NCBI GenBank assembly: GCA_965226875.1
Contig: OZ245439.1
Coordinates: 3,382,316 to 3,446,315, forward strand
Length of the DNA stretch: 64,000 nucleotides
Direction of reading: 5' to 3'
DNA from: Dehalococcoidia bacterium
Lineage (GTDB): Bacteria > Chloroflexota > Dehalococcoidia > Lucifugimonadales > UBA3495
The translations under genes and the position numbers were made by a program. Each line of letters opens with the position of its first letter. Within the stretch, counting starts at the first letter, position 1. Positions 62,937-64,000 of the stretch are shown here, piece by piece. Under the pieces are notes generated by a model. It saw nothing but the letters and a program-made list of their open reading frames with translations. It made no database searches and had not been told where the DNA came from.

Positions 62937-63377
62937 TCAGTCGGCGCGCTTCCAGAGCAGCACGACGGTAAGCTCGGCGCGGGCGCCCTTGATGGGCAGA
63001 GTGCTGAGCCGGAGTCGTCCGTCGCTGGTGAACTCGAACTTCCGTATCTGCCGCTCGCCGATCCAGTTGGGGAAGAAGCTCCCCTCCACCTGATGAATCA
63101 TCAGTCCTTCGGCTTCGTCCACCGAGTAGTTGCCATAGTAGGCCACATAGCCCTCGAAGGCCGTCCGCACCTCGGCGTCGCTGCCCTTGAGCAGGTTGCC
63201 GGTGGCGAAAGCCGGGCGCTCGCGGGCCATTATCTGGCCGGAAAAGCTGCCCCTCCCGTCATAGACCAGCAGTCCACCGGGTTCGTCGCCGTAGGGGTGT
63301 GTGACCCTCCCGTCCGACCACTGCCCCTCGCAGGCCAGGAGCCGCCACGTTCCGGTGAACCGTTCTGTCGATGCCAA
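62937..63377 (-). CDS. lipocalin-like domain protein
   Basis: FTGTWRLLACE...GLLVYDGRGSFSGQIM...YVAYYGNYSVDE pattern of the bacterial lipocalin-like family. Confidence 0.65.
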   Translation of the reverse strand: MASTERFTGTWRLLACEGQWSDGRVTHPYGDEPGGLLVYDGRGSFSGQIMARERPAFATGNLLKGSDAEVRTAFEGYVAYYGNYSVDEAEGLMIHQVEGSFFPNWIGERQIRKFEFTSDGRLRLSTLPIKGARAELTVVLLWKRAD

Positions 63378-63395
63378 GCCGCGCCTCTGCTCTCC

Positions 63396-63998
63396 CTAGC
63401 TGGGAAGCCTTTGCAAAACTGCAATCAACGCACCTACTGTCGTGCCTATCGCAGTGGCTCCAAGGACAGCTCCGACAGAAAGAAGGATTAGAAAAAAAGT
63501 GCGAGCCTCCTTGCGCGCCGCGTCTATCGCCTCCCTGGCTTCCCGTCGCGCCGCATCATTGGCTTCCCTGGCCTCCTGACGCGCCACATCTATCGCTTCC
63601 CTGGCCTCCTGACGCGCCACATCATTGGCTTCCCTGGCCTCCTGACGCGCCGCATCTATCGCTTCCCTAGCCTCCTGACGCGCCGCATCTATCGCCTGGG
63701 TCAGGGCTATCCGCAATGCTTCGATTGCTTCGTGGGACTCCCGTCGTGTAGCCCTGCTCTCCTCAAGCAACGTGGTAACCGCTTGGGCTAAGGCTAATCG
63801 CAAAGCCTCACTCGCTTCGCGCGCCTCCTGACGCACTCCCTCAAGGGCTTGGAGCAGTTCACGACGCAAAGCCTCATTTGCCTCATTTGCCTCCCGGCGC
63901 AAAGCGTCGTTTGCCTCATTTGCCTCCCGGCGCAAAGCCTCATTTGCCTCATGCGCCTCCCGGCGCGTGGCCTCGCTCATCTGGATCACAATATCCAA
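63396..63998 (-). CDS. tail-anchored coiled-coil protein built from 11-residue (33-bp) tandem repeats; N-terminus at or beyond the window edge
   Basis: Repeats ARQEAREAIDA/ARQEAREANDV and ALRREANEAN; single C-terminal TM FFLILLSVGAVLGATAIGTTVGALIAVL; possible ATG at 63980. Confidence 0.6.
   Translation of the reverse strand: MDIVIQMSEATRREAHEANEALRREANEANDALRREANEANEALRRELLQALEGVRQEAREASEALRLALAQAVTTLLEESRATRRESHEAIEALRIALTQAIDAARQEAREAIDAARQEAREANDVARQEAREAIDVARQEAREANDAARREAREAIDAARKEARTFFLILLSVGAVLGATAIGTTVGALIAVLQRLPS
63513..63695 (-). repeat. about 5.5 tandem copies of a 33-bp repeat (in-frame coding repeat)
   Basis: Units starting 63513, 63546, 63579, 63612, 63645, 63678, near-identical. 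Confidence 0.85.
63864..63962 (-). repeat. 3 tandem copies of a second 33-bp coding repeat
   Basis: GCGCAAAGCCTCATTTGCCTCATTTGCCTCCCG-type units. Confidence 0.75.
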
Positions 63999-64000
63999 AC

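Noticed and set aside
63513-63695. Possible CRISPR array (regular 33-bp repeats)
   Set aside because: The repeats are contiguous with no spacers. They are in frame within a long ORF and encode an 11-residue protein repeat. No cas genes are present.

Overview
GC-rich bacterial chromosomal segment. Gene content and repeat families look Chloroflexota-like, but taxonomy cannot be established without a database search. The backbone is housekeeping. It holds a siroheme/heme cluster (fused ahbAB, sirC, hemC, cobA-hemD, hemB) and an hspR/hsp20 heat-shock unit next to Ni-SOD. It also holds ilvD, malic enzyme, TldD/PmbA, mutS2, rplY, greA-lysS, serS, surE, lysA, holB and cvpA-PAP2-cmk-plsC. Metabolic modules are a Rieske dioxygenase cluster, a three-ORF Co-type nitrile hydratase, a form-II CoxSLM-type molybdenum hydroxylase, and a nitrate-assimilation locus (PII-like, sulfite-oxidase-family Mo protein, narK, nirA, PII). 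Short AT-richer islets between these carry toxin-antitoxin-like pairs, a Fic protein, an IS5-family IS, two MITE families and at least three REP-like hairpin families. Most interesting: (1) an eRF1/Vms1-like release-factor homologue translationally coupled to MutS2; (2) a nitrate locus with no NasA/NarB-type reductase in this window but a minimal sulfite-oxidase-fold Mo protein, preceded by eight 11-bp-phased GTTnCG hexamers; (3) REP/MITE insertions that supply stop codons and SD-like sequences inside operons, including at the split point of the nitrile hydratase beta subunit. All functional calls rest on motif recognition by eye. No searches were run.
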